Of a stretch of 64,000 bases of DNA, positions 61,745 through 64,000 are shown piece after piece. Numbering within the stretch: the stretch's first letter is position 1; every line of letters starts with the position of its first letter. The position numbers and the translations under genes were made by a program. This DNA is from Trypanosoma brucei (Eukaryota): positions 5,056,001 to 5,120,000 of the forward strand of contig CH464491.1 of NCBI GenBank assembly GCA_000002445.1, in the 5' to 3' direction. Below the pieces are notes generated by a model, which had not been told where the DNA came from, did not search any database, and was given only the letters and a program-made list of their open reading frames with translations.

Positions 61745-63284
61745 ACAGATTTCAGTTGTCGTCCCTACTTTAAATACTGATACCGCTGCCTCTGCCGCGT
61801 CTCCAGGTTTCCTTTGGGAAAAAGTGTTTGCTTATAGCTAGCCGAAATGCTCCACTACATTGAACACGTTGGATGCAAGTTGGGGCCAGCGGTTGTGGTG
61901 AACCCATCAGCTCGCGGTTGCACATACGCGGCCTCTGTGGCCCCTGTATCCAGTGTACACGTCTCCGTTTCTGTGTACTGTAGCTTTGTGAGACGTGCTT
62001 GCTGCCTTGACTGCTTAAAGCGTGTTCTTTCCATTTGTATTAACGACGCCGCACAGACACCGCTTGTCATCCATTTTTTTGCATATGCCCAAATCGCCTC
62101 CGTTTCTTTTCCCTCCTCCATCGGCTCTAAAAGACGTATATGAACCTTGGAAACCTTTGTTATGATGCTTTGTGACGAACACTAGGACCTGCCAGTAGAT
62201 TTAAAGCCACGGTCTTGGTTTTCACTGCAGTTGCATACTTTTCTGGGTGAACTAAAACTGTCTTTGGAGTTTGTCATGAGGGCCCCACACAGGAACCCTA
62301 AGTTATTTTTCAATCTTAGTTCCTTGGCGCGCAGCGAGCTTAGCCCCGTATTCTATGTATTTTATTCTTCTGTTTGTTTGCGTACATTTTGAGCATTGAG
62401 AAGGACTAAGTTCCACTTTTTTCCTATGGACTAATTGCAATTGAAAAATGCAGACTTTTACTTCTTCAATTTTTACAATGCATTTCTACGTTTGTCTAGT
62501 ACATATTGCTTTCTTTTTAGTTTAAAGGTATCGAAATCTGTTAGTAATGTGAAATAATTATATGAACTAATATTTTTAATACTTTGTATTTGTTAAAATG
62601 AACTTAATTGCACTCTTTTAAACACCTCATTGTCAATACACTAAATTTTCCATTTAAGGTGCGGTTTTAAAAAGCAAGTGGTTAACTTAGTTCTAAAAAA
62701 AACGAAAAGCTTTCTTCTTCGTAATAACTTTACTAATTTGGCTGCTTGTTTTTTCACCAACACTAAGTGTCTCTAAACTATCTGATGATGAAACGCTTTT
62801 ATTTCTACTTTTATGTTGCAGGTTTGATGCATTATTTTTCTTTCTCCTAACACTTCTAAATTTGGTTCTTTTTTTGTTTCTTCTTCAGAGCGATAAACTC
62901 TGATAAGTGTTGTACTTGTGAACAAAATGTAAGTCTTTTACAGATGAAGTATCTGTAATAGATTGCTCTATATCAGTTATTAAGAACAAAAGTGAAATAA
63001 TGCGTCCTTCCAGGATTTCTTGGAAGCGGACTCGAAGTGAAACTCTTAAGTGTCTTACACTTATACTGCTTTTTTGTATTAAGTATTGAGGCTTCATTTT
63101 CCCGTGCATTTGTTTGGCCCTCTTCATCACCCTCTTCTCTATCTTCTTGCCCGTGAGGCAGCGCGTCGTTATGTTTCTTTTTGAAAGTGCACATACTCCA
63201 TCTCCCTCTCTTTTTCGCTTACTTACTCCCATTGTATCCTTGCCACTACTTCGAGTGCTTTATTTTTATATGTTAATTTAGTCT

Positions 63285-63370
63285 CTATTATTACTCTTAT
63301 TATGGTATCAGTATATATACACTCACAACATACTCCTATTATTATCATTATCATTATTATCATTATTACA
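63285..63370 (-). repeat. VSG 70-bp repeat
   Basis: tattatggtatcagtatatatacactcacaacatactcctattattatcattatcattattatcattatta. Confidence 0.8.
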
Positions 63371-63659
63371 AGCCTAACTAATATAAAAAAATAAGAAAAA
63401 TAAACATAATAAACAAAATTGGATAGCACAATATTTCATGCTCTATCACCATACTACTTTAAAGTAGTATGCCACTGTCGTATCACAATTTCATATTTTG
63501 GAGCTTTTAAAAATTCGCACATTTAGCGAAGGGTTAACAAACGTTTTAAAAATATGTCCAACTTTAAAAAATTAAAAAAATATCTGGTAACAAAAAATAT
63601 CATACATTTTATAATATTTCATAAAATTGAGCAAAACCATTTTACCAATATTTCTAAAA

Positions 63660-64000
63660 TTGTTGTGCTAGAAGCAAAAATGCAAGAAAGAGAGAAGCCT
63701 TAACTGGAAAAGAATTTCTTCCTGTGGTGTTTGTAGATTTTTCTTCATTCTCCACTTTCACACCCCCTTCCGTATCTTTAGCCTCGCACTTTCCTTTTTT
63801 TCTGTGCCTTTCCATTCACATTTATCGTCTTTGCTGCAGTCAGCTAGATTGCTTTTGCTGCTGCAGACAGATGACAAGGTTTTCTGGCCGGCATTTATTT
63901 CCGGTTTGCTCTTGCTGATTAGGGTTTTCTGATGCTGCAAATAAGTCAATGTCGCTACGGCGTCGCCGCCAGTTGCAAGATCTTTAAGGTTTCCCTCCAC
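63660..64000 (-). CDS. VSG C-terminal portion, partial at the window edge
   Basis: ORF 63758-64000: ...DCSKDDKCEWKGTEKKE... GPI-signal-like DNA continues to about 63660. 3'UTR-like element at 63538-63563. Confidence 0.6.

Noticed and set aside
1365-63370. Regularly spaced short repeats reminiscent of a CRISPR array
   Set aside because: Spacing is about 3-3.5 kb, not 30-40 bp. Units are imperfect, AT-rich and of variable length. Each precedes a eukaryotic surface-antigen gene. These are the trypanosome VSG 70-bp repeats.
1-64000. Bacterial-type defence island, prophage or integron
   Set aside because: There are no Shine-Dalgarno-spaced operons, no tRNA or integrase, no sigma-70 promoters and no inverted-repeat-bounded IS elements. 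Composition, the GPI-anchored surface-protein genes and the ingi RT all point to a kinetoplastid nuclear genome.

Overview
This window is not a prokaryotic locus. It reads as a subtelomeric variant surface glycoprotein (VSG) array of an African trypanosome (Trypanosoma brucei group). Nearly every substantial reading frame on the minus strand encodes a VSG: an N-terminal signal peptide, an Ala/Thr/Lys-rich N-domain, a Cys-rich C-domain with CxW and KDSSFL.NKKF motifs, and a hydrophobic GPI-signal tail (...AAFVALLF, ...LWLAFLLLA, ...PLLPAFLLF). About 19 VSG genes, pseudogenes or fragments are present, all on the minus strand. Each sits in a stereotyped cassette, read from high to low coordinate: an imperfect TAA/TGA-rich '70-bp repeat' with a GT-rich core (AATATTCGTATATACACACTCACAACACTCTCC on the plus strand); a conserved 0.4-1.5 kb 5' flank; the VSG; and a 3'UTR carrying the reverse-complement of the VSG 16-mer (GTGTTAAAATATATCA). 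Three VSGs look intact (6034-7458, 23190-24644, 40117-41595). The rest have frameshifts, in-frame stops, missing signal peptides, or are C-terminal fragments. A degenerate ingi/DIRE-like non-LTR retrotransposon lies on the plus strand at about 56.4-60.0 kb and occupies the position where a 70-bp repeat would be expected. A roughly 1.1 kb module containing interstitial telomere hexamers (CCCTAA on plus, i.e. TTAGGG on the VSG strand) occurs twice, 24.6 kb apart (about 1480-2560 and 26100-27340). The second copy also carries an inverted (TTAGGG)2. No rRNA, tRNA, CRISPR array, or bacterial operon-like system is present. The novelty is in array architecture: fossil telomeres, a conserved flank module, an ingi insertion at a repeat site, and recurrent nonsense mutations.
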